From Octopus bimaculoides (lineage: Eukaryota), in contig NC_069001.1 in NCBI RefSeq assembly GCF_001194135.2, forward strand, positions 32,155,488 to 32,217,316: 61,829 bases of DNA, written 5' to 3'. The position numbers were made by a program, and so were the translations under genes. Within the stretch, counting starts at the first letter, position 1; every line of letters begins with the position of its first letter. Positions 36,363 through 49,175 of the stretch are shown one piece after another. The notes below the pieces were generated by a model. That model was not told the DNA's origin. It saw only the letters and a list, made by a program, of their open reading frames with translations, and ran no database searches.

Positions 36363-36550
36363 AAGGTGGTGAACTGGCAAAATTGCTAGCAGGCTGAGTA
36401 AAAATGCTTGGCAGCATTTCATTAGTGCTTATGTTTGGAGTTCAAATTCTACCATGGTCATCTTTGCCTTTCCTCCTTTTGCAATCAATGCAGTAAGTTC
36501 CAGTTGCCCTCTACCCAAAGTTGCTGGTCTTGTGTCAAAAATTTGAAACC
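36363..36550 (+). mobile_element. SINE family B, the only clear plus-strand copy
   Basis: ggtggtgaactggcaaaattgctagc ... ggagttcaaattct ... tttgcctttcctcctttt ... gttgctggtcttgtgtcaaaaatttgaaacc. Confidence 0.75.
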
Positions 36551-37179
36551 AATATCTAGTAAGAAAATTATACTGATGTAGAAGAGCATTTATAACTATG
36601 AGGTGGAGACTCACAGCTGGAGACTCCAATCGAAACAGGGGACCCGAAATGATACAGTGAATAAACGCTGTTATAGATTATGCCTAACCGAAAACGATCA
36701 CAGCCACATCATCCAAACAGACCGGGTGAAACTGGGCTTAGCTGCTAGTGTTCTATAAAGGCAGAAGTAAATCTGCCTTCAACTTAGTTGCGCACCTTTG
36801 TTTCGCTTACTTTTTGTGTTTTACTGCATAAAGGTCACCAACTGCCCGCCTAAGTAATTACTGACAGCACGTACCTGATGTATTTACATCATTTGTCTAC
36901 AGTGAGAAATTTTCTCTGTGACAAAACACAGTGAATGGCTTGTTTACGAGTTCAAACCGGCCACTGACATATTCGAACCTTGCATTTATAAATTATAAAT
37001 ATAACAAAATATAAATTCTACCACACATCTGCAAAAGCTTTTATCAATACAGATATGGTCAAATGATGTAGATCAACTCTGATGTGACCATCAATAAGGG
37101 TTGAAAATCTACAGAGGGAAAAGATAAATTTGAAATTGTTGTATGTCTACTTGTGGGTTTAAACACAAACTTTTCTTTT

Positions 37180-37810
37180 ACTTATTTCGGTTATTGGGCT
37201 GTGGTCATGCAGGGGTACTGACTTGAAGGGTTTCATTGAGCAAGTTGTCTCCAGTACTTTTTGTCTTTTTAAAGTCTGGTAGTTATTCTATCAGTCTCTT
37301 TTGCTGAATTGCTATGTTAGAGAGATGCAAACAAATCAACACTGGTTGTCAAGTGGTGGTGGGGATAAACAGACAAAAAGATACAATGGGCTTCAATACA
37401 GTTTCTGTCTACTAAATCCACGATTATAAAATGGTAGCATTATTATACATGAACTTTTACACTCATTCTTACATTATCCCATGTGACATTTTTTAAGATG
37501 GTATGGCTAAGGGAGATCTGGCTACTATTTCTAGCATAGTTGGCTCCAGTACTTTTTAAAAAAGTCTGGCAGTTATTCTTCCAGTCTCTTTTGCTCAACT
37601 GGTATGTTATAGAGATGCAAACAAACAAACACCAGTTGTCAAGTGGTGATGGGAGCAAACACACACACAATGGGTTTCAACACAGTTTCTATCTACCAGA
37701 TTCACTCACAAAGTATTGGCTGTTTTGGGATAGTAAAAGAAGACACTTGCCCAAGGTGTCATGCAGTGGGACTAAACCCAAGGCCACATGGTTGCAAAGC
37801 ATGGAACAAA
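37180..37810 (-). mobile_element. SINE family A with a locally duplicated tail segment (37270-37370 and 37561-37655)
   Basis: Both segments share aaagtctgg.agttattct..cagtctcttttgct.aa.tg.tatgtta.agagatgcaaacaaa. Confidence 0.7.
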
Positions 37811-39409
37811 TAGCAGAAAAAGAACTCCATACAAGTGTGTGTGTATACATAAAACACACACACACATTAAAATCTTTCAGATTCCACATCACATTTCTGT
37901 TCCATCTGCTGGGTAAAGTCTTCCTCAGGCGTCAGGTTGTTGTTGGCCCCATTTTCTGCAAGTAGAGGTTTACCACTCTCCGTGGTATTTTCCCCACAGG
38001 ATATCAGTTTGGCTTCCATCCATAAGCATTTGAGAAGCAACATTTCAAAAATCCATTTTCCTCATTGTCTCTGGGGACACCCCCAAGCTGAGTATCTCTA
38101 GACCAAATAGTGACTATATATAAATTTATTTCATATAAAATGAACTATTAAAAATTAATACATCAGATTATAGTAGCTTAACTCTTATAGTCAGCTATGC
38201 AACACATCTTTCTCTCTCTCTCATACATCTGTACACACACTATCAGCTCTCGTAGCTAAATGGGCAACACTACAAAATATGATGTTATTAACTTTTTAAA
38301 GAATTTACACCCCAAGATCAAAGTTCTGATTATAAAATGGTAGCATTATTATACATGAACTTTTACATTAATTTTCACATTATCCAATGTGACATTTTTC
38401 AAGATGGTAAGGCTGAAGGAGACCTGGCTATTATTTTTAACATGGTGTATGAATTTATAGTCTGTGTATGTGTCCTTGTGTTTGTATGTTTCCACCCCAC
38501 CACCACTTGATAACTGCTGTTGGTGTGTTTATGTTCCTGTAACTTAGTAGTTCAGCAAGAGAGACCAACAGAATATGTATTAGGCTTAACAAAAAATAAG
38601 TACTGAGGTCGATTAATTCCATTAGAAATTCTTCAAGGCAGTGCCCCAGCATGGCCGCAGTCTAATGACTAAAACAAAACTAAAAAAAAAACTACCCACA
38701 TAGAAGCTAGTAATTTCCCAATATGTCTCTGTGTCTCTGGATGTCAACCTTTGACTCTGACCTACATTGCATTTCAGTTATTTATAGAGGAGTCTTCTAC
38801 CTGCCAGTTATTCATAATGTTAACAGGTATGCACAGAGGTAATGGTGCCACAACCACATACTTAATTTGATATTAAGAGTGAATTTACACTGGCAACAGT
38901 TGAACCACCACCAACTCTAGCAGATGTACATTCACAAACAACCAAACACTTGTTTCATGATAAAAACCATCATTTCATAATGTATTTTTTCTTAAGCAAA
39001 ATAAAAGTTTTTAAAAAAACAAATCTTTTAACAAAAGGATATAATAACAAGTTTAAATTTGAATGGAGATGTTATTGAAATCAGATATTTAAAAATAGCT
39101 AAGTGACTAAGTCGATCATACAGCAACTAGTTATATCACGTTAACAGAGAGGGTATGTGTGTTTGTGTGTACATTCATTGCTCTATGTTGAGCAATTGAG
39201 AAAAGAATGCTCAATACACGTTTCAGACGATATTGTTTTTAGTTGAAACTCAAGCAACAGGTTTCACACAACTGATCTTCAGGTAAAACATTCTGCCTGT
39301 TACACCTTAAGATTGCAATGAATGCAATTTAAGCCACAAGTCAAACTCTTTGCTTCAATTCCATTAAAAGCCTATATTGTATACTTGAGTGTGTTTGTGT
39401 GTGTGGTCA

Positions 39410-39690
39410 CAGTTTCAGTCCCACTGTGAAGCACTTTGGGCAAGAGTCTTCTATAGCTCTGGGCCAACCAAAGCCTTGTGAGTAGATTTGGTAGACAGTA
39501 ACTGAAAGAAGTCCATTGTGTGTTGTTTCTTTACTACCCACAAGGGGCTACACACAGAGGGGACAAACAAGGACAGACAAATGGATTAAGTCGATTATAT
39601 CGACCCCAGTGTGTAACTGGTACTTATTTAATTGACCCCGAAAGGATGAAAGGCAAAGTCGACCTTGGCGGAATTTGAACTCAGAACATG
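39410..39690. mobile_element. SINE A head (+) abutting SINE B with tail B1 (-, 39525-39690)
   Basis: cccacaaggggctacacacagaggggacaaacaaggacagacaaatggattaagtcg, nearly identical to 25515-25570. Confidence 0.85.
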
Positions 39691-39737
39691 TCTCTTTCTG
39701 CTCATGACTACTACATGGGTACCTAAGGTAATTGTGA

Positions 39738-40240
39738 AGGCACGTGGCTTAATGGTTAGAGTATTTGGCTCACAACAGTAAGGTTAGGAGTTTGATTACT
39801 GACAGCATACTGTGTCCTTGAGCAAGACACTTTATTTTATGTTGCACCAGTCCACTCAACTGGCAAAAATGAGTTGTACCTGTAATTCAAAGGACCAGCC
39901 TTGTTGCATTCTGTGCCACACTGAAATAGGTTAACTACAAATTAATTAAAACAAAATGGACTAAGTCTCACCTAATTGACTCTAAAAAAAATAAATGCTC
40001 TCTATTTGGCTTCAGCAAAAGAGGGTGTCTCTATATGATCACACAACTTGCCAGAAATAATAGCGAAATCTCTCTTTTTAAGACACTCTAATGTCTTTAA
40101 AAACTTGATAAAGGTATTAGATAATGACATTAAGGGTACATATGTCTATGGAGTACTCAGCTACTTGCATGTTAATTTCTCAAGCAGTTGATCAGATCCA
40201 CTGGAACACTTGTAATCCTAACCAATGGACAGCCAGTTAC
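39738..40240 (+). mobile_element. SINE family D interrupted by a about 200-bp locally duplicated segment
   Basis: The SINE stops at ctgtgccacactg (39923) and resumes at cattaagggtaca (about 40128). The insert 39924-40117 is repeated at 40762-40953. Confidence 0.8.
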
Positions 40241-41543
40241 CAAAGACAATTACAGTGAGTGAAGGCTGCAGTTTCTGAGTATGAAATACAGATTGTGAGG
40301 AGGGATGGAACTTGCTACATGAATGCAAATGTTAGGCTGGCAGTAAAGAATTATGGCCAAGCTTGAAGCAAACAAAGACAAGGGATTTTGGATGATTGGC
40401 TAATAAAAATTTTATTGGGTTTTAGAAAGTGAAACCTTGTGTTTATAGCTGTGTGTGTACTTGTTGTGTAGCTGTGTGTGTATAGCTGGGAGGTTGTGTG
40501 TGTATGGCAGTGTGTCTTTGTATATAGCTGTATAGCTGTGTGTATAGCTGTGAATATGCGTATGTATGTGTACAGATCGGTGTATGTATAGCTGCGTGTG
40601 TGTATTTTATTATTATTGTTGTTAATTGGCCCTAAGGGCCAACCACCCTAACTACCATTATACATCTCTGTATAATGGACTGTTGTAGCCAAGCTAACTG
40701 AGTTAATCAATTTAGCAATGAAGGCAAACTAAGAAAATAAAAAAATAAAAAGCATTAGATAAAATAGGTTAACTACAAATTAATTAAAACAAAATAGATG
40801 AAGTCTCACCTAATTGGCTCTAAAAAAAATGATTTCTATTTGGCTTCAGCAAAAGAGGGTGTCTCTATATGATTATACAACTTGCTAGAAATAACAGTGA
40901 AATCTCTATTTTTTAAGACACTCTAATGTCTTTAAAAAACTTGATAAAGGTATGAGGTAATGTACTTCTAGGTAGACTACGTCCAATTTTGACTTAGGTC
41001 TGTAATGAACCCTAGGAAACAAAGCTGAAGCATAACCTGGTTTCCATGGTGACAGATTACAACACACACCTCAATCCTGAATGGGATGCTAGTCCATCAC
41101 AGGGTTAACTTCCCAATTATTACAGGAACTTGTTTACAGCAGAATGGACTGAAATGAAGTGCTTTGCTCAAGAACATAATGCACCATCTAGTCCAAGGAC
41201 TGAAACCATGATCATAAGATTGTGAGTACAGCATGCTAACCACAATGGCACATGCTTCCACTTTCATTGCATCTGAAGAATAAGAACAGAATGAATGTGA
41301 AACTGAACCCATCTAGAACTAAACAAGAAATGGCTGAGCTAGTATTTAGATTCCAAAATAAAGAGAGAAAAAAACTATAATTGAGCCATCCATTCATCTA
41401 TACCTGCTATCTAATATTCCAGGGATGGCTGTCTGGGTAGAGTCCACAGGCACCTCATCTCTAGGGTCCTGTCAGAGGCAACTGTCATTATACGTTCCAT
41501 CTGAATCCCCAAGCGTATCCAACTGAGAATATGCATATTAGGG

Positions 41544-41868
41544 AGGGTGTGTGGCTTAGTGGTTAGGGTATTTGACTCACGATCATAAGGTTGTGAGTCC
41601 AATACCCAGCAGTGCGCTGTGTTCTTGAGCGAAATACTTTATTTCACTTTGCTCCAATCCACTCAGCTGGTAAAAATGAGTTGTACCTGTAATTCAAAGG
41701 GCCAGCTTTGTCACATTGTGTATCATGCTGAATCCCCCCGAGAACTATGTTAAGGGTACATGTGTCTGTGAGGGGCTCAACCACTTGCACATTAATTTCA
41801 CAAGCAGGCTGTTCCATTGACCAGATCACCTGAAATCTTTGTCATCATAACCGATGGAGCGCCAGTTC
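41544..41868 (+). mobile_element. SINE family D, full length (tail D1)
   Basis: gtgtgtggcttagtggttagggtatttgactcacgatcataaggttgtgagtccaatacc ... cataaccgatggagcgccag. Confidence 0.85.
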
Positions 41869-41919
41869 CTTTCTGATTTTTGTTTGTTTTTTATGTATAT
41901 CAGGCAATGTGGTTGATAC

Positions 41920-42258
41920 CAGTGTCATGTAACTAGCACCTGTGCCAGTGACACGTAATAAGCACCTTTCGAATGTTTGGCCTCACGAAGGCAATGATAG
42001 ACATTTGTCAATATGCCATGCTTGAGAAGACTCAACAAACCAAGTGAAATTGTAGTCATGGCAGATAGTGGTGTCACACAACTGGTACCATGTAAAAGCA
42101 CCCTACGCTCTTGGAGTGGTTGGCATTAAGAAGAGCAACCAGCCGTAGAAACCATGCCAAATCAGACTGGTGTCTGATAAAGCCTCTCAGCTTACCAGCC
42201 CTGGTCAAACTGTCCAACCCATGCCAACATGGACACTGAATGTTAAATGATGATGATG
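41920..42258 (+). mobile_element. RTE 3' fragment with (GAT)n tail
   Basis: tggcctcacgaaggcaatga ... ggagtggttggcattaagaag ... ccaacccatgccaacatgg ... ttaaatgatgatgatg. Confidence 0.8.
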
Positions 42259-43178
42259 ACCCAACCATCTCAATCTTGGTCTAATCCCAGGTCTCTGACC
42301 AATTGTCTTGCAATCCTTTTTTGTGATATTCTAACCACATGTCCACATAGTACAGAAGCTGTGACCTCTCAATGCAGAGAAATAAATAAATCGTTTTAAT
42401 TATGTATTTCAATTCTTTTAGCATTTAAAAATTTTTTTTTATTTTTACACAATTTGAATATTGATTTCTTCAATTCATCCACAACATTTGACTGGTATGG
42501 TACTTGATTTATAAAACCCAGCAGACAGAAGCAAAATGAAGTCAAACTAGGTAGGATTTGAACACAGAGGAACTTAAACTAAATACTGCACAAGCCAATG
42601 CAATAGCCTTTATGTGGCCTTTCAACATACTAGAAATAGTAGTCAAGTCCTTCTTTCTCTGCCTCTAAATCACAGTTGTCTTTCTAAAATACAAGAAAGA
42701 CATATTGGATAATGTAGTCCAAGGTCAGCTTATGCATCATTGAAAAATTGCAAGCTCATGGCTGAAACAGCTTTTGTTGTAAGTGATCAGAGTTAACCGG
42801 GGGCTTAACAATGACTAAATTCTGCAATTCATTCTGGATTGCCATCAATAGAACTCATTTGATTACAAGTCTACTGGATCAAGGCTAGCTTGGGACGAAA
42901 TACCACTGTGTATTTAGTCTAGCATTCTGCTGCTTCTGATGTCTATAATCTGCTTCCTTTCATGGTATTTGATATAATTCTTACATATATTCTATTATAG
43001 TGACTTAGCAGTCCAGCAAAAGAGACCGATAAAATAAGTACCAAGCTTAAAAAAATAATGGTGGAGTTAATTCATTTGATTAAAATTCATCAAGGTGGTG
43101 CCCCAGCTTGGTCGCAGTCAAATGACTGAAACAAGTAAAACACATACAATACTGAGTATGTATGTATATTTGTGTATC

Positions 43179-43218
<40 letters not shown>

Positions 43219-44088
43219 GTTATATATNNNNNNNNNNNNNNNNNNNNNNNNNNNNNNNNNNNNNNNNNNNNNNNNNNNNNNNNNNNNNNNNNNNNNNNNN
43301 NNNNNNNNNNNNNNNNNNNNNNNNNNNNNNNNNNNNNNNNNNNNNNNNNNNGTGTGTGTACATGTATGTGTATATATATATATGTGTGTGTGCGCGTGTA
43401 CAATTACATGTGTGTGTGGCTGGTACCACATATGTTGGTGTATAAACCATGAGCTGAATAAATTAATTATACACTAAAACATAAGTCTGCCTTCATCATC
43501 ATCATCGTCGTCATCATCATCATCATCATCATCACCACCAGTTTTAAAATGCTCCTTTGCCCTGTTGCCATGGGTAAAACAGACTATGTAGCAACAACCA
43601 ATACCTGATCATCAGCTGGGCCTATCTAACATACTAAGATTTAATCTTAATGCATGTTCAAGCTTTCTACCGCCTGCCTGTTGCTATCCCCGTCCCTTGA
43701 CAGCCAGCACTCAACGTCCAGGCACATTACTCATCACCACATGACCAGTATAATCAACTTTCTCTCATGGACTGACCAACGCAGCCAAGGCTCAGCTACT
43801 ACCTCCTTAAGTTTGCATGTACACAATCAGATTGACGTGTTCACGCAACACATCCAAATCCAATGGAAATCAATGGGGGTTGTGCGTGGGTGTACTTCAG
43901 TGCACATAATTGCAAGTAAGTGCATATTAATGTGTGAGTGCACCTCAGTGCACAGGAGTGGATGGCTGTGAAGGTATAAGAGTATATATGAAGGAATACA
44001 AGGCTGAGTATATGTGAGTGATGGAGTGTATATGTATTTAGATATTCGAAGTGTATGTAGATATACACACACATATACATACATACAT

Positions 44089-44120
<32 letters not shown>

Positions 44121-44247
44121 TACTACTTACATACACACACATACTTATATACACACATATATACATTTATATACACACACTCACTCTCTCTCTCTCTCTT
44201 ACTCTCTCATATTGTCATATACCAGAAGATTATTGACTATAGAATAG

Positions 44248-44306
<59 letters not shown>

Positions 44307-44919
44307 NNNNNNNNNNNNNNNNNNNNNNNNNNNNNNNNNNNNNNNNNNNNNNNNNNNNNNNNNNNNNNNNNNNNNNNNNNNNNNNNNNNNNNNNNNNNNN
44401 NNNNNNNNNNNNNNNNNNNNNNNNNNNNNNNNNNNNNNNNNNNNNNNNNNNNNNNNNNNNNNNNNNNNNNNNNNNNNNNNNNNNNNNNNNNNNNNNNNNN
44501 NNNNNNNNNNNNNNNNNNNNNNNNNNNNNNNNNNNNNNNNNNNNNNNNNNNNNNNNNNNNNNNNNNNNNNNNNNNNNNNNNNNNNNNNNNNNNNNNNNNN
44601 NNNNNNNNNNNNNNNNNNNNNNNNNNNNNNNNNNNNNNNNNNNNNNNNNNNNNNNNNNNNNNNNNNNNNNNNNNNNNNNNNNNNNNNNNNNNNNNNNNNN
44701 NNNNNNNNNNNNNNNNNNNNNNNNNNNNNNNNNNNNNNNNNNNNNNNNNNNNNNNNNNNNNNNNNNNNNNNNNNNNNNNNNNNNNNNNNNNNNNNNNNNN
44801 NNNNNNNNNNNNNNNNNNNNNNNNNNNNNNNNNNNNNNNNNNNNNNNNNNNNNNNNNNNNNNNNNNNNNNNNNNNNNNNNNNNNNNNNNNNNNNNNNNNN
44901 NNNNNNNNNNNNNNNNNNN

Positions 44920-44958
<39 letters not shown>

Positions 44959-44964
44959 CATACA

Positions 44965-45730
44965 CATGACAGGCTTCTTTCAGTTTCCATCTACCAAATC
45001 CACTCACAAGGCATTGGTTGGCCTGAGGCTATAGTAGAAGACACCTGCCCAGGGTGCCATGTGGTTGGTAAGCAAACTACTTACCACATAGCCACTCCTG
45101 CACCTATATAGCTTTCTTTTACTTCCAATCATTGGACTGTGGCCAGGCTGAAGCACAGCCTGGCAGGGTTTAGTTGAAGCAACTGATCCCAGTCCTTAAG
45201 TCAGATACTTATTCTACCAGGTTTTTTTCTGAGATTTTTATGCTGCATTGAAATGTTATGGGAAAGTAAACAAACCAACACCAGTTGCCAAGCAGTGAGA
45301 GGCACAAATATAAACACCCATGTGCTGGTCCACGTAAAAAGCACCCATGTTGGTGCCACATAAAGTGGCACACTCTGTAAAGTGGTTGGTGTTAGGAAGG
45401 GCATCGAGTTATAGAAACTAAGTCAAGTCAGGCTAGAACCTGGTACAGCTCCCCAACTCTCATCAAACTGTCCAACTCATGCTAGCATAGAAAATGGACA
45501 TTAAATGATGAGGATGATGATACATGTATATATTATTTGTCATTACAGAAGTCCATTTTACTCGTGTGTATGTGTGAGGGCTTCTGTACAGTTTTCATCT
45601 ACCAAACTCACTCAGAAGACATTAGGTTGGTCTGGATCTATAGTGGGATACACTTGCCCAAGGCAATATGCTGTGGGACTGTATCGGAAACCACGTTTAT
45701 AAAGTGACCTTACCCACACAGCCATGCCTG
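44965..45730. mobile_element. Cluster: SINE A head (-), SINE A tail (-), RTE tail (+, 45310-45525), SINE A head (-)
   Basis: Family-diagnostic motifs as in the other copies. Confidence 0.72.
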
Positions 45731-46433
45731 TTCCGCCTAGATGAACAAAAAGACAGGCTGGTCTTTACTTAAAAAACTTTTGATCACAGATCAAGGGTCA
45801 ACTTGAGAATAAACAACATCTATAAATTCAATCTTTTAAAAGATAGCAATACTATTTAAAGAGGAATTTCATTCTTAAATTACAGCTTTTATTTCATTTT
45901 ATTTATTTATTTAAACTGAAATTTTGTTGGTAAATTTGTTTTCTTTGCTCTGTGCCTTTTCCAGGTCAGTCTAAAAATGGAATGAGACAGTTGCTCAAGA
46001 ACACTATGCCACCTGTAATCAAACTCCTGATGTTACAATTATAAGCCAAGTACCCTCACCACAAAACCATGTGCCTTCACAATTGTCCTAGGTACCCATG
46101 TACTAGTAGACAACTGGGCACACATGCGTGCGCACACAGAAATATATACATACAGGCAGAAAGAGTAAGCGGTAGAGAGAGAGAGACATTACAATTTATT
46201 AATTGAATATGACTGACGTAAACACTTCCCCTCTCCTCAGACACATATAAAGAAATGTGCTCACACACATAAACAGAAAGAGCAGGGAGAAAGAATGAGA
46301 GAAACATTAAAAACAGCTGATGTCAAATAAGTCAGCCTTGAATCATCAACGCCAAATAAATGATGCCAAAACGGCTGGGCCAAAAAAGTCTCAAACCCAT
46401 CTAGAAAGCAATATTAACATAATGAGTTGAAAC

Positions 46434-46982
46434 TTCATCCTTTTGATACCAAAACCACCCGAGACCACTCCTAGGTCTGTGATATAAAAAAAATCCGTGT
46501 TTTAAAGTGATTTAAATGAAAACCTCCCACCAAAATTTCAAAGACCAGCTTAATAATGATAGATTTATTTCACTAAATTCTTCATTATTTTCAGAATTAA
46601 CTGAAACAAAAGACAGTGTATCTCAACAGAAAAATGGTAACAGAAAGGTGAACTAGGAGTTGTTAAATGGATCCTTCTCTGCCTTCTACATAATGGTAAA
46701 TATTTGAACCAGACCTTCTGGTTCCCTACCTGCCATTTTCATAATTTTTTTAACCTTTTTTTATACCAATCTGACTTAGATTGCCCCTGGTTCTTCAATA
46801 CAAATTTCCCTGTTTTTAAAGTAACCCAAGTTAAAACCTTCCATCAAAATTTATTGTTAATTTGTATTCCAAACACCAGCTTTTTAATGACAAATTTATT
46901 TTACTAGAGTCTTTATTATTTTCAAAATTAATTGAAACAAAAGTAATATATTTCACTAGAAATATGGCAACAAAAGGGTTAA
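46434..46982. mobile_element. Two piggyBac-like MITE2 copies (about 46434-46652 and 46750-46982)
   Basis: TTAAccttttttatacc ... gcaacaaaagggTTAA. Related copies at 53594-53745 and 58283-58913. Confidence 0.8.
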
Positions 46983-47294
46983 AGCACGAGGATGAGAGGT
47001 GGGTTGTAGTTGGTGCCAAGGTACACCTACTCTCATAAATTTTATATTTTTATTATTTCCTAGTCACTCTATCAGAGATAGTTAATACAATAGATACATA
47101 AAATAATGAGATAAGAGTTAGAGGTCTATTTAATGCGCTCATAAACAGAAGAAGGTAAAATTGAATTAAAAACAAGATTATTATTATCTCATTCTAATTT
47201 CCTAGTCTAATATTTGTTTATTACAGAAAATTTGCTCTTTTTCCAGTGAAATAAAATAAAAAGCTATAAACTATACATCCATATATATGTAGGC

Positions 47295-47448
47295 GTAGGC
47301 ATGGCTGTATGGTAAGAAGTTTGCTTCCCGACCACATGGTTTTGGGTTCAGTCCCACTTCATGGCACATTGAGTGTCTTCTACCAAAGCCTTGGGCCAAC
47401 TAAAGCCTTGTCAGTAGATTTGATAGATGGAAATTGAATGAAGCCGAT

Positions 47449-47500
<52 letters not shown>
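47295..47500 (+). mobile_element. SINE A head ending in (GT)n
   Basis: ggcatggctgtatggtaagaagtttgcttcccgaccacatggttttgggttcagtccc. Confidence 0.8.
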
Positions 47501-47503
<3 letters not shown>

Positions 47504-47972
47504 TAGTATTGTCACAGGCCAATAACTGAAAAAGTGAAAGATAAGAGATTACAGAAAGGTATGTAACCTAGTCACTACANNNNNNNNNNNNNNNNNNNNN
47601 NNNNNNNNNNNNNNNNNNNNNNNNNNNNNNNNNNNNNNNNNNNNNNNNNNNNNNNNNNNNNNNNNNNNNNNNNNNNNNNNNNNNNNNNNNNNNNNNNNNN
47701 NNNNNNNNNNNNNNNNNNNNNNNNNNNNNNNNNNNNNNNNNNNNNNNNNNNNNNNNNNNNNNNNNNNNNNNNNNNNNNNNNNNNNNNNNNNNNNNNNNNN
47801 NNNNNNNNNNNNNNNNNNNNNNTGTAATTCTGAAATGAATACCAGCCAAGTCATAATACAGCCCATCCCACTCCAGCTATCACATTTGGAATGGTCCACT
47901 GGGTCAAGGGGATAGGAGAGCCATAAAGTTATACCATGTCTGCTTTCATATATATATATATATATATATATA

Positions 47973-48204
47973 GTTAATCGCCCCACCAAAAAAAAAAACA
48001 GAAAAAACACAAGAAAAAACAACACAAGGACGTGGGACATGCAAAGTATTAAAAGACCCTCAAGGAAAGAAGGAAAAGGTGTTTTATGTTTCGAGCAAAG
48101 CTCTTCTTCAGAAACAGGAGACAGAGGAAAGATCAAGAGAAAAGGAAGATGGAGGGGGAGAAAAAAAATTGTCAACAATTCACATGTAGTTACATTTTGG
48201 AATG
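47973..48204 (-). mobile_element. Penelope-like element terminal repeat / retrozyme-like short repeat adjoining (TA)n
   Basis: Carries a minimal type I hammerhead motif; homologous starts at 16741 and 25081. The PLE assignment rests on hammerhead architecture only. Confidence 0.6.
48080..48116 (-). ncRNA. Minimal type I hammerhead ribozyme motif
   Basis: Minus strand 5'-TGTTT CTGAAGA A GAGC-TTT-GCTC GAAAC ATA AAACA-3': stem I TGTTT/AAACA, core CUGANGA, stem II GAGC/GCUC, GAAA, AUA cleavage triplet. Confidence 0.75.
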
Positions 48205-48212
48205 TATTGTTT

Positions 48213-48266
<54 letters not shown>

Positions 48267-48290
48267 CACACACACACACCTAAAACAATA
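48205..48290. repeat. Inverted repeat: tattgttttagg-(TG)n-tata-(CA)n-cctaaaacaata
   Basis: The 12-bp non-microsatellite arms are exact reverse complements. Confidence 0.9.
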
Positions 48291-48616
48291 AAGAAAAGCA
48301 CGGTACATAGAGCAAGCAGGTCATACTCATTGCAAGTAACAGTTGTAGCTTAGTTTGGTTTTCCTACGTCAGAGAAGGCAGACAAGGCCTATAACATTTG
48401 GAGGTCATCCTAGACAGGTGAGTCTGAAGTACGTAATGCCCAACCTAAAAACTCTACACGAAAGTGTGGGTGGAGAGAGGAAGGCCTGGTTCAAATGTTT
48501 ACAACAGAGTGAACCAAACAAAAAACCCAGTAACGGTGGTAATAGTGTTGTGGTGATGATAAACCTGACACCATATTGAGTGCATGAGTAAAATAATGTT
48601 GTATAAACAGTTTTAA

Positions 48617-48649
<33 letters not shown>

Positions 48650-49175
48650 TCTAAACACCCAACAACACAAACCATTTTAAAAATATGTCTTCACATTCTG
48701 TTAATGTCTAAAACAGCTTGTTTATGGCATGCATGTACATGCACTTTCATACATGAATGTGCATGCACACTCACATGTACATGAGTACACATATGCATAC
48801 ACATGTATGCACATATGCTTATGTACACAACTGCACTTATGTACTTTCACAAATACCCACATTCACACACCAAGTTCTTGTAATGACATTTTAGGGCAGG
48901 AAATTTGCAACTAACATTATCCCTAAAAAAAAAAAAGCCTGAAATACATTTAAAGGTTACTGAAGTCACACCACGAAATTCTTCAGAGTTTCTTGTTCAC
49001 TTTTTGTTTTGTGTTTTTCTTTTAACAAGCTTTTTACAAAAAAGTAGACAATACAGATATATTTCTAGAGTGAACCAAAATGATATTAGTCATGCAGATT
49101 TCAACACATTTTATGATGATCTGTTTCTCTATGTTAGAATATATTGTTGAGTTATCTAATTTGGGGAGGATTTGA

